A stretch of 64,000 nucleotides of DNA from Octopus sinensis (GCF_006345805.1 NC_043005.1:2480001-2544000), one strand, 5' to 3'. Shown: positions 11,230 through 24,582, counted from the first letter of the stretch. Made by a program: numbers and translations. The notes: a model not told the origin generated them from the letters alone.

Positions 11230-12920
11230 CCATATTTACTTGTGTGACTTTATGTCATTTAAGAGGTACCCTTGTTTCCAAGGGGATCCTAAGCCACACG
11301 CATTCACACAACCAATCGTGATCATAATCCGAGTGAAAGGAACAGGGGGTTACTTATTGCTCGAAAGTTTTTGCTTTCTCCTCCTTCGGTTTGTCGTCGA
11401 TGAAATCCCGATAAAGTTTTTCCGTAAGCTATTTTTGGCATTTACCAACCGCACTGAGGAAAACGCCTTTTAGTGTGTGGTGTAGGCTTCGTGAGATGTG
11501 GAGTATTTTGATGTGCTTCGGTTGTGTTGTGTGTGGGTGGTTGTTTGTTTTTATGTCATCTTTTGTTAGGTTTGTTTTTGATTTGATGTATTCCATCAAC
11601 TCTGTGTTTTTAGTGTCTATAGCTGTGAGCGTGTTTGCTGTATATATTTTTGTGGTGTTGCTGTTGCTGTTGCTGTTGTTTGTGGTAGGTTTCGAAATGT
11701 CTTCGGGACATGTATATCTCCCTGCTTTGTTCGCATTTGCATGTTTGGTTCTTTTCTTTTTCTCGCTCCTCTTCCTCCTTCCTTTTCCTCCTTCCTTTTC
11801 CTCCTTCCTCTTCCTCCTTCCTTTTCCTCCTTCCTTTTCCTCCTTCCTTTTCCTCCTTCCTCTTCCTCCTTCCTCTTCCTCCTTCCTTTTCCTCCTTCCT
11901 TTTCCTCCTTCCTCTTCCTCCTTCCTTTTCCTCCTTCCTTTTCCTCCTTCCTCTTCCTCCTTCCTCTTCCTCCTTCCTCTTCCTCCTTCCTTTTCTCACT
12001 ATTTGCCATTCCTCATTGCTTTCGTCTTCCGACGAAATTTCTGAAGAGTCAGAACGGGTAGAGGCATGTTTTAGGCTACTATGTAAGTGGTTGTGTTGTT
12101 TTCGTTGATGTTGGTTGTTGTCTGTTTGTGTGTGGTGTGTGCAGTATAGGGGATAGGGAATCAGTTTTTGTATCTTTTGTTGTTCTGTTTCTTTAGTTCT
12201 TGCTTTTGTTGATGGTGTTGGTATTTTCTCAGGTATTTTCTCAGGTGTTGTATTATTTTCGATTGTTGATGGGTTTGCTTGGTGTGCTTCTTCAGTCATC
12301 TTCTGTGTTGATGTTGGTGTGAGTAGTAGTGTTTTTTCTCGGAGTGTTTTGGATGTCGTGGTGGTTGTTGTTGTTGCTCTTGCTGTGCGGCTGTTGGAGA
12401 CTTCTTTTTCAAATGTGTTTCGCTGCCGCACAGATAGCAGTGTGGTCGCCTGCCCTCCACCATTACATGGAGTTTGTAGCCTTCTGACAGTTCTATAGTG
12501 GTGGGTATCTTCTCTGTTGTTGTTTCATCAATTTGAAGAAATAATTGAATTGTTTTTCACACCCAGTTTTGCTGTTCTAGAACAGCGATTTCGAGAATGT
12601 TTGTCTCTGCCATTTCAAAGCAGATGACAGAGACTAGCTATTGGGTTTCTACTTCAGGTGGCACATTTTTTATTGTGACTTTCGTCACCCTCTAGTCTAG
12701 ATAAGTCAGTATCATCACCTGGTCATCTGTATGCAGAGCCAATGTGGAAAATCGTTTCGCTAGATTTCCATTGTGGAAACGTACTTGGACTGTTCCAAAT
12801 TTATGCCACCAATTGACGTATTCCTTGTGAGCCCATACAGGGCGAAGGTATTTTTCTATTTTTTGCTGTGGTGCACTTTCCGGTCGTCTTGTCTTCGTGT
12901 TGATAACTTTGTATATGATT
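11230..12920 (-). mobile_element. L1/Tx1-clade LINE 5' part: degenerate ORF1 and start of ORF2
   Basis: ORF1 shows an RRM-like stretch (KFGTVQVRF...RVTKVTIKNVPPEVE) and a gag knuckle (VEGRRPHCYLCGSETHLKK, about 12405-12460), stopping at 11354-11356. ORF2 ATG at 11325 reads MITIGCVNACGLGSPWKQGYLLNDIK, an APE endonuclease start. Confidence 0.75.
11764..11992. repeat. 13-bp tandem repeat (TCCTCCTTCCTYT)n inside L1 ORF1
   Basis: 13-aa periodicity in the translated frames equals 3 x 13 nt. Confidence 0.85.
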
Positions 12921-12968
12921 GTTTTATGTGTGTGTGTGTGTGTGTGTGTGTTTTCTATGATGTGTTGT

Positions 12969-13098
<130 letters not shown>

Positions 13099-13465
13099 GT
13101 ATGTTTCTTTATTGGCCACACAGGGCTGAACACTGAGGGGACAAAATACAAAGTAGAGCTTTTCTTTTTGGGAAGAGAAGGAAAAAACAGGAAAGGTGGG
13201 TTAGAAGTGCGATCAAAAGGGATCGTGTATCACAAATTTCATAGTGTAAAAAGGGGAAACAGATTAGGTATATCCGTGGAAAGAAAAGCCTACGGAAAAG
13301 ACCACGGTAACCTCGGGCAATAATGTCATGCAAAAAAAATGCATTACAGTAAGTGACTCTCTTTTTTCATATCTTTTTCTTTTTTTTTGTTCATAGGGTT
13401 ACGCGCAAGGTGGCTTCGTCAATCACACGTGCTATCCTTGCTACATTCACCCATCTTTTTCCATC
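13099..13465 (-). mobile_element. L1/Tx1-like LINE 3' end
   Basis: ORF2-like C-terminus WVNVARIARVIDEATLRVTL*, T/C-rich 3' UTR, AATAAA (13108-13113 on the minus strand), then (TATC)n. Confidence 0.55.
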
Positions 13466-13477
13466 CAAGGATTATTG

Positions 13478-13536
<59 letters not shown>

Positions 13537-13957
13537 TGCAAATACATCTGTATTTTAGAATAGTTCTTATTTTGCTGTAAAGTACAAGAGAATACTTCTA
13601 TATATTCTAGCCACCACTGCATGTAAGAGGCAAATATAAACACTATGATCTTATGATGTGAAGAAAGTTTTCATATTTGTCGATAAAATCTTCTTCGTAG
13701 AAAACAGAATTAAAACAAAGTATTATTCACACACCAGTGACTCCATATCGTTGTTCTCACGAGATTTCCTTTTAGCATAACAAAAGATGTCCTCGCGATT
13801 TCAATATCTTTAAATTCTGTTCGAATTATTTACTTTATCTGCCATAATTACCATCTACTGAGTTTGTTGTCGTTGTTTTGGCGTTATTTCTTCCTCCTAA
13901 ATAATATCAATAAGGATAAACGATCCATCATATTTAGAATCATTTGTGTGTGTGTGT

Positions 13958-14039
<82 letters not shown>

Positions 14040-14067
14040 TGGGTGTGGGTATGGGTGTGTGGGTGTA

Positions 14068-14935
14068 TAGGGTGCGGTGAATAAATTGTCGTATAAATTA
14101 TGCAAAAATGAAAATAACATTGACATCTCATTTTAACAGATATATTTGCCAAAATTAAATAAAAATATCTTGAAATAGTAAAGAGAATTTTTACGCAATT
14201 ATTTATCTCCATCGGCTTCAACTACGGTCTCCAGACGACTTCGGAATCTCCTGCAACTCTTCTGGACGTTCACCTTGTTTAACTTGGTGAATGCTGCCAT
14301 AATACCTGCTTTCAGTTCATCTTTGGTGTTACAAGGAGTTTTGTTGGTCTCATGCTCAACTGCGCCCCACACGTAATAATCAAGGGGGCTGCTGTCTGAG
14401 GAGTTAGGTGGCCAGATGTTAGAGGTGATGTAGTCGCAGAAATGCATGTGTGGTATGGTGCAGAGTCCTGTTGCAAGACACAGGGTCTTCTAGCAGCCAC
14501 CCTCTTGACCCAGGGCAGCACTACCTCCTCCAGGCACCTGATGTAGGCCTCCGTATTGAGTGTGAGGCCGTGTGGGAAGATTAATGGAGACATAACGTTA
14601 CCATCACTAGTGATCACTCTAAGCATCATGATGTTGACTGGTTGTTTGATTTTTATCATTCTCAGTATACGTTTCGGGGACACGGCAAATCAACGGTTGT
14701 TCTGTGTATTCACCATCAAATCCTGGCTGAAATTTTTCTCGTCTGGGAATAACCAAAGCATGTTCGGTTGGAGGTGATGCTTCAGTTTGTTCAAAAACTT
14801 CGTGACGCGGACTTTCCTCTTATCCCTGATGACTTGGGATAAAAATTGCCCGTTTCTCATCTTGTATGAGGAATACCGGATGTCATCATGCACAGATACT
14901 ACGAACTGTACTGAACTCATCCCAAGGATATGGAC
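14068..14935 (-). mobile_element. Tc1/mariner DD37D (maT-like) transposon, 5'-truncated pseudogene
   Basis: Motifs FPDEKNF, LQQDSAPYHT and WPPNSSDSSPLDYYVWGAVE across ORFs 14690..14920, 14312..14683 and 14199..14447. TA followed by TAGGGTGCGGTGAATAAATTG terminus at 14068. Confidence 0.85.
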
Positions 14936-15071
14936 TCTGATATTAAAGTCACGTGACTTGTGAAAACACGCGTAGCTATGTATTAAATATTTATAAATTT
15001 CATTCTAGAAGTATTGTTATCATTATATTTATCCTACACTATATATCTGTGTATATGTGTATGTATGTATG

Positions 15072-15102
<31 letters not shown>

Positions 15103-16349
15103 GGATGGATGGAAGATTTTTATATGTCTGTGTTTTTGAATATGTAAATATATACGTATGTATATGTGTATGCATGTATGTATATATCTACCTATATTTA
15201 TATAATACATATACATATATACATATATAGACGCATGTATGCATTCGTTGCCTTGAGCCGCTATCTCCTTGAAAGAGCCGTAGATGCAGCGTCCAGCCAA
15301 GTCCATCCTCTTTTGGTCTGACCACATTCAATTTCTGTCAGGAGTGAGAAAATCTGACAGAAAGAAAGAAAGAAAGAGTGAAAGAGAATGACTGAGCCCA
15401 GTACGGAACTGGGAATCTCTCTATAGACTCTGAAAAGGCGAAGGACAAAGTTGGCCTCAACAGGATTTGAACTTAGAATGCAGAATACCTAAGTCGAATA
15501 CAGTGACGTATCCGAAGTTTTTGTGAGTCGGCCAGTTGGTTGCCCTCCAAAAAGATATTTAGAAATCTTTCAATAACCTCATATGGTTGGCGCCAGCTCC
15601 GTGGAAAAATTGTTCTTAAACACATCGGGGAAGTAAAAAGAAAACAATGTGGTTGCTCCAGATTCACGTGACGTGCACGAAACTATTTTGTTTAAATCAA
15701 TGGATTCATTTATAATTATTTGTTTCCGCGATTCTGTGATGAAAGACAAAATGGAGTCCTGCAGGATCTGAATTCCAGTGTAGAGATCAAAGCTAAGCAC
15801 TGTAAGACGTTCCATTTCAAAGGGTAGCGTTGCATGCTTCACGCGATTTACACGTCATATCACGTGACTCCAACCAATGTCTGGCAATCTGTGTTCAAAC
15901 TGTAAACCATAGAGGAATCAATTTATTGAATTGAAACAGGACATTAGTAATTCCTTTTCACTTAAATTAACTTGTCATCATTGAACTTGTCATCATGGCC
16001 TTCGTCTTTCAACGAATCCTCCTTTTTCAATCCACAAAAAAAACTGGAGCGTATTCATCCTGAAATAAAGAGTTGTCATTTAGCCATATTACCCTACTGA
16101 AAACAACCCCTCCACCACCACCAGCCCGCAAAAAAAACATGTGATTTTTATAAGTGTGATTAAGAGAGGGTAATTAAGATCAATACGGCGAGAGGACAGG
16201 TCACGGTGGTGGAATAAAATTGCTGCTGCCATCTACCAGTGCTTCCGAAAGCTGATAGCACTGGTGCAGACACCTGCATGAGTTGAACAGAAAGCATATC
16301 ATTACTTCAGCGAAGATAATATCTATTTGATTAGTCAATTTTAAAGTAA

Positions 16350-16760
16350 TCTCTCTATATATAAAACTGAGAATGTGTGTCTGTCTGTATGTTTCCCTAA
16401 AACTTGAGAACTACACAACCAATTTCATTCAAATTTTACACATGCCTTACTTAAGGTCCGGAGAGTGTCATCGGCAAAAATATCTTAACTTTTTCCCTAG
16501 GGCGAGCCCACAGCAATATCATATCTTCTCCACTATTTCAGTATTACGTGTTAAAAGTGAAACAAAAACATCTCTCTATTGTAATGCAGACATTCACTTT
16601 AATACTGAAACTATTAAAGTGAAAGTCTTATATAACAGGGATGAACCATTAACAGTGGCCATCCATTTTGCTAGAAGAAGATCCGCTATGGTCTTATATG
16701 CTACACCACTGGTTTTCAATTCACATTGAAATTAATATTCAAATTAATATTCAAATTTTT
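16350..16760 (+). mobile_element. Non-autonomous Helitron-like element (5' part)
   Basis: A|TCTCTCTATATATAAAACTGAGAATGTGTGTCTGTCTG...ACCAATTTCATTCAAATTTTACAC. Confidence 0.5.
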
Positions 16761-17109
16761 CACCCTTATTATGTGTGTGTGTGTGTATTAGCAATTCGTA
16801 TAAAATTGCATCAATGACTTGAACTTGAATAAGTGGTTTCACATAAATGGGGATAAATTAAAAAGGTTTGTTGTTATTATTATTACTGTTTGACTATTGT
16901 AATCACATTTGTTGGTTCCTCGTCAGGGAAACGTTGTTGTGTTGCATTTGTTAAATAATTGTAAACCGTAACCCTCTCCTTTTCGGAGAAGGGGCTTTGG
17001 TTATTGTTTAAAAATTGAATTGTGTCCCTGTTTGGGGAAATTGACAATATTTTCACCGTCTTTACGGAAGCATTTTTGTTAAAATGCCTTCGATAGAAGA
17101 AAGTTCAAA

Positions 17110-17415
17110 AATGAATTTCGCTGCAGCCGTATACTTCTATACAAGAGGGAGGACAAGATCCAATTGATCGAAATTGCAAGAGACGGGCTTACAATTCCAG
17201 TCGGTTATATATTTTGAGTATTGTTATCACTAGCGATATCAAGATATAACTTGGACTCCACCTGTACTTGCTTGCAATGATTCATTCCTGAGAGTATGAG
17301 ACCTTCGGACCATTTGACGTTGGGGAAGTTGAAATCACCCATAAGAAATATGGTCACGTCACGTGGTGTTCCAGATTCATGAGGATTCTTTAATTCTTGT
17401 GAGGCAATCTTCAAA
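17110..17415 (-). pseudogene. CR1/L2 APE-like endonuclease fragment
   Basis: TIFLMGDFNFPNVKWSEG motif, followed downstream by LDLVL. Confidence 0.7.
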
Positions 17416-17444
17416 CTTGCCTGTGTGATTTGGAGCATCTGGTG

Positions 17445-17542
<98 letters not shown>

Positions 17543-17640
17543 ACGGGAAGCTTTATGAAAATAGACAAAAGACGAAGGCAGGTGGAAAACAAACAAACAA
17601 TTGTATTAGTATGGTGCTCAGGAAATATAAATAAAACAAG

Positions 17641-17678
17641 TCTTTAACGTTTCGAGCCTACGCTCTTCAACAGAAAGA
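17641..17678 (-). ncRNA. Minimal type-I hammerhead-like motif, variant core CUGUUGA
   Basis: Minus strand TCTTT CTGTTGA A GAGC GTAG GCTC GAAAC GTT AAAGA: 5-bp stem I, 4-bp stem II, palindromic ACGT in place of stem III. Confidence 0.55.
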
Positions 17679-18421
17679 TACACAGAGAGAAAAAAAACAC
17701 AGAAAGAAGGAGAGAAAAAAAATGCGTGCAGTAACTAACGAATCAACATGGCGATCTGATTTCGGCCAGAGGTCAAAGATCAAACATGAGACGCGAGAGC
17801 GAAATAAGGGGAGATAATAGGGTTGATAATAGGGTTGAATGACCCTAGGATAGGTCTGGACAGGCGTATGTATGGGGTTGGTGTATGTATTAGTATGTAT
17901 TAGTATGTATTAGTACGTATTAGTATGTATAAGTGTGTGTGTGTGTGTGTGTATGAGAGAGTATAAGTGCGTATGAGGGGTCTGGACGTGTGTATGTATA
18001 GGGTTGGTGTATGTATTAGTATGTATTAGTATGTATTAGTACGTATTAGTATGTATTAGTTGGTGTATGTATTAGTATGGCACATCATATATGATGTGAT
18101 GTGTAAAGTCGTGTGGTGTGTAGTGAGGAGAAGAGGGGGAGGGGGAGAAGAGGGGGGAGAGAGGGGGAGGGGAGGGGAGGGGGAAGAGGAGATGGGGGGA
18201 GAGAGAGGAGGGGAGGATGAGGGGGAGGAAGGAGGAAAGAGGGGGAGGTGGAGAGAGAAGGGGAGTGAGGGGGCAGAGGGAAGAGGGAAGGAGGGAGGGA
18301 GAAAGAGGGAAGAAGGGAGGGAGAAAGAGGGAAGAAGGGAAGGGGAGTAGGGGTGAAAGGATGAAGGACTGAAGAAGTAGGGGTCGGGGGGAAGGATAGG
18401 TGAGGAGGGGGGAGAGGGGGG

Positions 18422-20378
18422 TTAGATGAGGAGGGGGGGAGAGTTGAGACCAAATGGCGTATAAGAGCGAAGAGAGAAGATTAATTCCTGTTCACGGCGC
18501 AAACGGGAATCCGGATGGCCTCTGTGTAAGGACAAACCGAACACAGATAGGTGTTGCAAGGAGTGACCGGTGGAGCGGAAATGGCGTGAGACCGGTGTGT
18601 CGTTCGCAAGGTGGATGTCACGAAGGTGTTCCGCGAACCGGTCAGCCAAGCGGCGTCCCGTTTGTCCGATGTACAAGGAATTGCAGAGAGAGCAAGAGAC
18701 GCAATAGATAATATTGCTGGAGGTGCAGGTGAAGGAGTGGATGATGGGATAGGGTCGATGGTGGGTGCTAGTGAGGCGGGTGGTGTTGGAGAGGTAAGGG
18801 CAAGTGCGGCAACGTGGGCGGGAGTAGGGGAACGAGCCGGGTTGGGAGGTAGGGTCAGGGAAGGAGCTATGGACCAAAAGGTCTCGAAGGTTGTGGGCTC
18901 GTTTGAAAGAAGGGAGGGGTCGGTTAGGGAAGAGGTGTGAAGTGGACGGGTCGGACTGGAGATGACGGAAAGCTCGAAGAATGGTGCGTTGGAGACGTAG
19001 GGTCGTGGGGTGGTAAGTGAGGGGAAAAGGGAGGCGGGAGACTACAGGGCGGGTTCGGGGAGAGAGAGCAGATACACGGTCCACGGACCGTGCTCTGGCA
19101 AGGGCGGTGTGGATAGTGGTGAGGGGGTATCCACGTAGGGTGAAGTGGTGAGCCATACGTTGAGACTGAGTCTCAAAGTCATGGTCGTCACTACAGAGCC
19201 TACGTAGACGGAGGAATTGGGAATAGGGGATGGAAAGCTTGGTGTGTTCTGGGTGGGAGGAAGAGAAGTTGAGGTATGAGTGTGAGTCTGTGTGTTTGTA
19301 GTGAATGGAGGTGGTAATAGTGGAGTGAAGAATGCTAACCGAAATGTCGAGGAAGGAGACAGAGGTGTTGGAGATAGTGGAAGTGAAGTGGAGGGCTGGA
19401 TGGAAAGATTGGACGAAAGAGAGGAAGGAATCTAGATGTTCACGGGAGAGTGAGGTGGCACCGATAATGTCGTCAATGTAACGACCATATAGTTCAGGAG
19501 TGGGACCAGTGAAATTAGAGAATATTTGGGGCTCAACATAGCCAACGAACAGGTTCGCATAGTTGGGGCCCATTCGCGTTCCCATGGCCACTCCCGAGAC
19601 CTGATGGTAGAACTCGCCCGCGAACGAGAAGCAGTTCAGAGTAAGGACAAGTTCGGCCAGACGAATGAGTGTGGAGGTGTCAGGTACAGGGTTAGAGCGG
19701 AGGTCAAGAAAGTGTCGAAGGGCTGCAGTCCTTCGTGGTGAGGGATAACAGTATAGAGGCTTTGGATGTCCATAGTAAAAAGGATTTTGGAGGAGCCGGG
19801 AGGAAAGGAGAAAGAGTTGAAAAGCCGGAGAGCATGGTTGGTATCGTGGATGTGGGAGGGAAGAGATGCCACTAGGGGGGCAAGGACACGGTCGAGGTAT
19901 TTAGAGATGAGCTCCGTGGGGCAGTTACATGCGGAGACGATGGGGCGGCCAGGGTTGTTGGGTTTGTGGATTTTGGGGAGGAAGTAAATGGTGGGGGTAC
20001 GTGGGGTTCGCACAATTAGGTTGGATGCGGTGCGGGGGAGACGGGAGGACGAGATGAGGTCGCGGACAGTAGAGGATACCGTCTGTTGGTAGCTACGTGT
20101 GGGGTTAGAGGGCAGAGGGGAATAGAAGGAGGTGTCATTGAGTTGGCGGAAAGCCTCGGCCCTATAGAGGTCCGCGCGCAACACCACTACAGCTCCACCC
20201 TTGTCAGCCGGTTTGATGATAATGTCAGCGCGCCGTTGGAGGAACGAAGAGCCAAGAGCTCAGCCGGGGAGATGTTGAGGCGGCGTGGCGCCTGGAGAAG
20301 TTGAACCGCTCCAATGCACGCTGACAAGCGCCCGCGAAAAGATCCACTGGTAGGATCTGGCCAGGGGCAGGCGTCCAC
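18422..20378 (-). pseudogene. PLE polyprotein (RT + GIY-YIG endonuclease) split by frameshifts
   Basis: Three consecutive ORF-track segments: 20187..20378, 19636..20187 and 18422..19591. Confidence 0.88.
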
Positions 20379-20444
20379 GGGGATGGTCGGCGGCCCAGGC
20401 CAGTGAAGCAGTCCTCTTCGTTGGGTGTGGGTGGCGAGTCGTGG

Positions 20445-20527
<83 letters not shown>

Positions 20528-20599
20528 TAATATATATATAATATATTTATATATATATTATATATATATAGATGTAGATATATATATATATAATATATA

Positions 20600-21815
20600 T
20601 ATATATTAATAATTATGTCGCGTACTCTTAACTCTTTACTTGACCTTTCCTGCCTGCCTGTCTGTCTTCCTCTCTACCTGTCTCTCTCCTTATTTCTCAC
20701 CCTTTCTGGTTTCTTTTCCTCTCTCTCTCTCTCTCTCTCTCTCCTTCTCACCCCTCCTCCTCCTCTCTCTCTCTCTCACTCCTTCTCCTCTCCTCTCTCT
20801 CCTCTCTGACCGGACGACCACTAACTTTCTTTCTGCCCGCAGATTTCAACAAGTCAACATCGGCTTTCTTCTGTCTTCCGCAAGCCGATCTTCAGAATGC
20901 GTTCTAATGAATTTTTCCACCGTCTAGGCTTAAAAAAGCCCTTATTGTTGGTTTCCTTGTCCTGTTATTCTTTATTTGTACTGTTTTTTCTTCATTTGTA
21001 TTGCTTTTACGTCCTGTTCTTGTCACTTGTTTTACCCCTCTGCAAAAGAATTTTATTTAATTCATTTTGCAGGAAGTACTACTTCGGCCGGATCGTGTTC
21101 TGCCCTTACCTTCGAAACACGCATTGAGTCGAAACAGGGGCAGCTGATGAAGGGGAATTTTCCTTGTATTGTTTGTCTTGTACTCTGTTTCTTCGTTGTT
21201 AAAAAAAGTCCGTTTCCTTGTTTGATTTTATGTTTTCGTTTCTCGTTGTGTTCTACGTTTATTTGTGGCGTCCTGTACTCACACATGCATGTATATATAC
21301 ATATAGATGTAGGTATGTACATATATGTATGTATATATGCATATGCTTTATTTGTTAAATTGTTATTATATATATATATATTTGTTGTGCAAGATTTTTT
21401 ATGTGAAGTCGTGTGTTGAAACAGATATTGTTATATTTCGGAATGGTCATTTTGCCAGTTTAGCCAATAAAGACACACGTACTATATATTTGGTGTTATT
21501 TTGATTCAGTGTTATTTATTTTTTACATTAATCTTAATCTTATTTCGGCCAGAGTTCTTTCTGTGACCGCATCAGTGGTCCTTTGTTTTCTTCTTTCTTA
21601 TTTGTGTCTCTCCTTACAAACCGTCAGCCATTTTGTATTTCTATTGTATGTCTTCATTTGCGCATGCTTATATCTCGATGTGCGTCTATGTTTAGTTAGT
21701 GTGTGTGGTTTCCTGTACTCATATATGCATGTATATATACATATAGATGTAGGTATGTACATATATGTATGTGTGTATGCATATGTTTTATTTATTAAAT
21801 TGTTATTATATATAG
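20600..21815 (+). mobile_element. Probable non-coding PLE-derived terminus with about 440-bp-period partial tandem duplication
   Basis: About 110-bp direct repeats at 21264-21370 and 21704-21810; T-rich UTR-like sequence; flanked by (TA)n. Confidence 0.4.
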
Positions 21816-22537
21816 ATATATATATATATAGATATATAGATATAGATATATAGATATAGATATATATAGATATAGATATATATAGATATATATAACAAGA
21901 AACGTAATTGTAATAACTCCCGTGCAAAAGCATTGCTGGTCAGTGAGTGGTGAATTCACATTTTAGGTCAAGGGTCGTGAACAATTAAAACGAGAACAAA
22001 TTAATGGAATGATCACATCATTCATTATAGATTCTGGTGCAGCGCGTGGTTTCATTCATAAACTAACATCAAGGGATTAAACCCTGAAATGATTATCCAA
22101 TTATACACCGCCAACAAATGACTGTTATATAAGCCCCTTAGTCTAGTGTTTGGCTGTTACTGCCAATTAAATGCCCTCAATCGCGCATGCGTATTTACAC
22201 ATTCGAAAGCCTCTCGTAACGAATAGTTCTTCAAGCATCCTAAATGGGATTTTGTAAAGATGGGAAAAATATCAACAACAAAAAAGAAGAGAATAAAAAG
22301 AGAGAAAATTGGAGAGATTTTTAGAGAGAAATGAAAGAAGAAATTACAATGAATGAGAGTGAAATGAGAATGAGTTATTGATAGATGTAAGCTGGAACAG
22401 TGAAAGAGTTTTGTAGAAAGAGTTTGAAAGAGAGAAAGCAAACGAAGAAGGTGGTTTCGAAAATACGAAAAGAAGAAAAATCAAAGATTTAGGAAAAGAC
22501 ATAGAATGTGAGGAAGAGAGGGAGAAAGACAACGAAA

Positions 22538-22584
<47 letters not shown>

Positions 22585-24390
22585 GCATCACTGGTTTTAA
22601 AGTAAGAAATAAGTTATTAGAAAAGATGAAAGCAGAAAGAAAAGAGAAGGAAAAGCAAACAGTCTATATGTGTTAACACTCACACACGTGAGTATATATG
22701 TGTGTGTGTGTGTGTGGTGTGTGTGTGTGTACGTACGCATAAGACAATGTAAGATAAACAGGAAAAGAAAAGAAAAACAGAAAATCAGAAAGAGAGAGAT
22801 TGAATAATTTTTTTTAAGCGTTGAGAGAAATGAGAAATTTCAATAAATTTCGAAAAGGAAAAAAAAAGCGAAAGGTAAATGGTGTAAATGGGGGAAAAAA
22901 TCCTATTTCTAATGTAATAAATTTTTTTAAACAATTACAGGAAATACTTCTTTTATTAACAGAAAATAGTTGTCATAAAAATATTTCCTATAATTCATTC
23001 ATTTTCTGTTCAGAATCTTGTGCGTAATATCATATATATATTATTGTACATAATATTGTATGAAATACTCTACCTGATGACCCCCAAAATTATGGAGACT
23101 TTATTCATTAAGGAAGCAGAGAAGAAGTAAATTAGACTAGCGACGCAAGACAAGGTCAAGTTGATATACACGCGGCAACAAAAACCATATTAGATCCTTC
23201 CGACCAGAAGAACAGGGAAAGTAGAAGGAAAAAGAGGAGATAAACAGAGGCAAAGATAACAGCAACAACAACAAAAATAACAAGCCATGGATGGTGTCAA
23301 GCTATTTCTAAAGAGTAACTTGTTACAGCTCCAGCGCCCACCACTGTGCACCAAAATAGAAGGTCGACGACGACCGAAAAATTATCGAGTCTCCTCCTCC
23401 ATCAGAGAAAAAGCTGTAACCTCGGAAAGGGTTGAAAATTAATAAGAAAAGGAGAGTAAAAAGAATGAGGAAAGACAAAGGACAAATACATCCATTACGA
23501 AGAGGTGCTACCTCCACGGAATTGCTGAACTTTCCAGTGATCTATGTGGGAGACCGATTGATAGCTAAAGTATTGCGACTTGGATTTGGGGTGGGGCCTT
23601 CACAGCTCGATTAAGATTGAAATTGTTCAGAAGCAATTTTGGAAAACCCAGTTCATTGAAGGTAGTGAGATCCGTACTTTGCCCTCTGACCCTACCGATG
23701 CAACAGCTTCTCGTCTTTGTGCGAACCTTCCACGCCAGGACGCACGCCCCCGTTTGTAAATGTTTGTTGTTATTTTATGAATCAAACTTGTCTCCGACTC
23801 AGGTTATTATCTACAAATTCATAGAGATACAGTTTGTAAACATTTTTATACGTGTGGCTCCTTTTCGTCCATTAAAGAAACGACTATTATGATTGTTATG
23901 TGATATCAGAACTTAGGGAATTCTTCTGGAAACAACTCCTGATTAACAAAGCTCGACGTTTGCTCATGAAAATCATCCGCACCACTGGCACGAATTATGT
24001 TGATTTTCTGTCATTCATTTCTAAGAAAAACAGAAAACATCTATCAATAAAATAAGGGATTTCATTTTTACTACAATTTTTAGGGTGAAGCCCACTTCAA
24101 CTTCCAGCGTGCGACCGGTTTTTATGAGGAACTTGTAATTCTGAGAATGATCTTTTAATGGTTTTTAATTGGATTATCGTTCCCCTATTGTCCCTTTTTA
24201 GTTCCATTTTAGTCAACTCTTTGCGCCACAAAATCAATTTAAGGAATTTTTACTTGATATAGAAAAGTGATCACATATTTAGTTTATGGGATATTTCAAA
24301 CTGCTTTAGATACGTGTCATGTTAAAACCAGCAAACACAACAATTTCAATTCTTGCTATGGTAAATCATGTAGTATTATTATCATTGCTG

Positions 24391-24422
<32 letters not shown>

Positions 24423-24496
24423 GTTGTTGTTGTTGTTGTTGCTGTTGCTGTTGTTGTTCATAGTGTCTTATGTATTTTATAATTATTGGTGCTATC

Positions 24497-24582
24497 TTGT
24501 TAATCGCTAGTGTTTCGAGGATCCACGTGTGGGGAATACTATCAAAAGCCTTTCGGTAGTCGATCCAGGCCATACTGAGGCC
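24497..24582 (-). pseudogene. Isolated R4/Dong RT micro-fragment
   Basis: Minus strand encodes LSMAWIDYRKAFDSIPHTWILETL; trinucleotide arrays on both sides. Confidence 0.7.

Larger units (their letters stand above)
17543..20444 (-). mobile_element. Penelope-like element, Neptune type, 5'-truncated and frameshifted, with 3' UTR/pLTR remnant
   Basis: IIIKPADKG region, FTMDIQSLYTVIPH, GMAMGTRMGPNYANLF, RYIDD, Zn-finger-like linker (xSRPRCRTC) and GIY-YIG NIIYCVSCSLCNSLYIGQTGRRLADRFAEH. Bounded by (TA)n on both sides. Confidence 0.92.

Noticed and set aside
11610-12108. K/E/R/G-rich repetitive protein-like ORFs
   Set aside because: Produced by a 13-bp tandem repeat expanded inside L1 ORF1.
15530-15640. 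FLNIFLEGNQL resembles an LRR motif on the minus strand
   Set aside because: Single occurrence, no convincing donor site, and the frame runs into a SINE remnant.
21130-21175. CTGATGA followed by AGGGG...CCTT
   Set aside because: No GAAA after the putative stem II and no compatible stem III, so not counted as a hammerhead.
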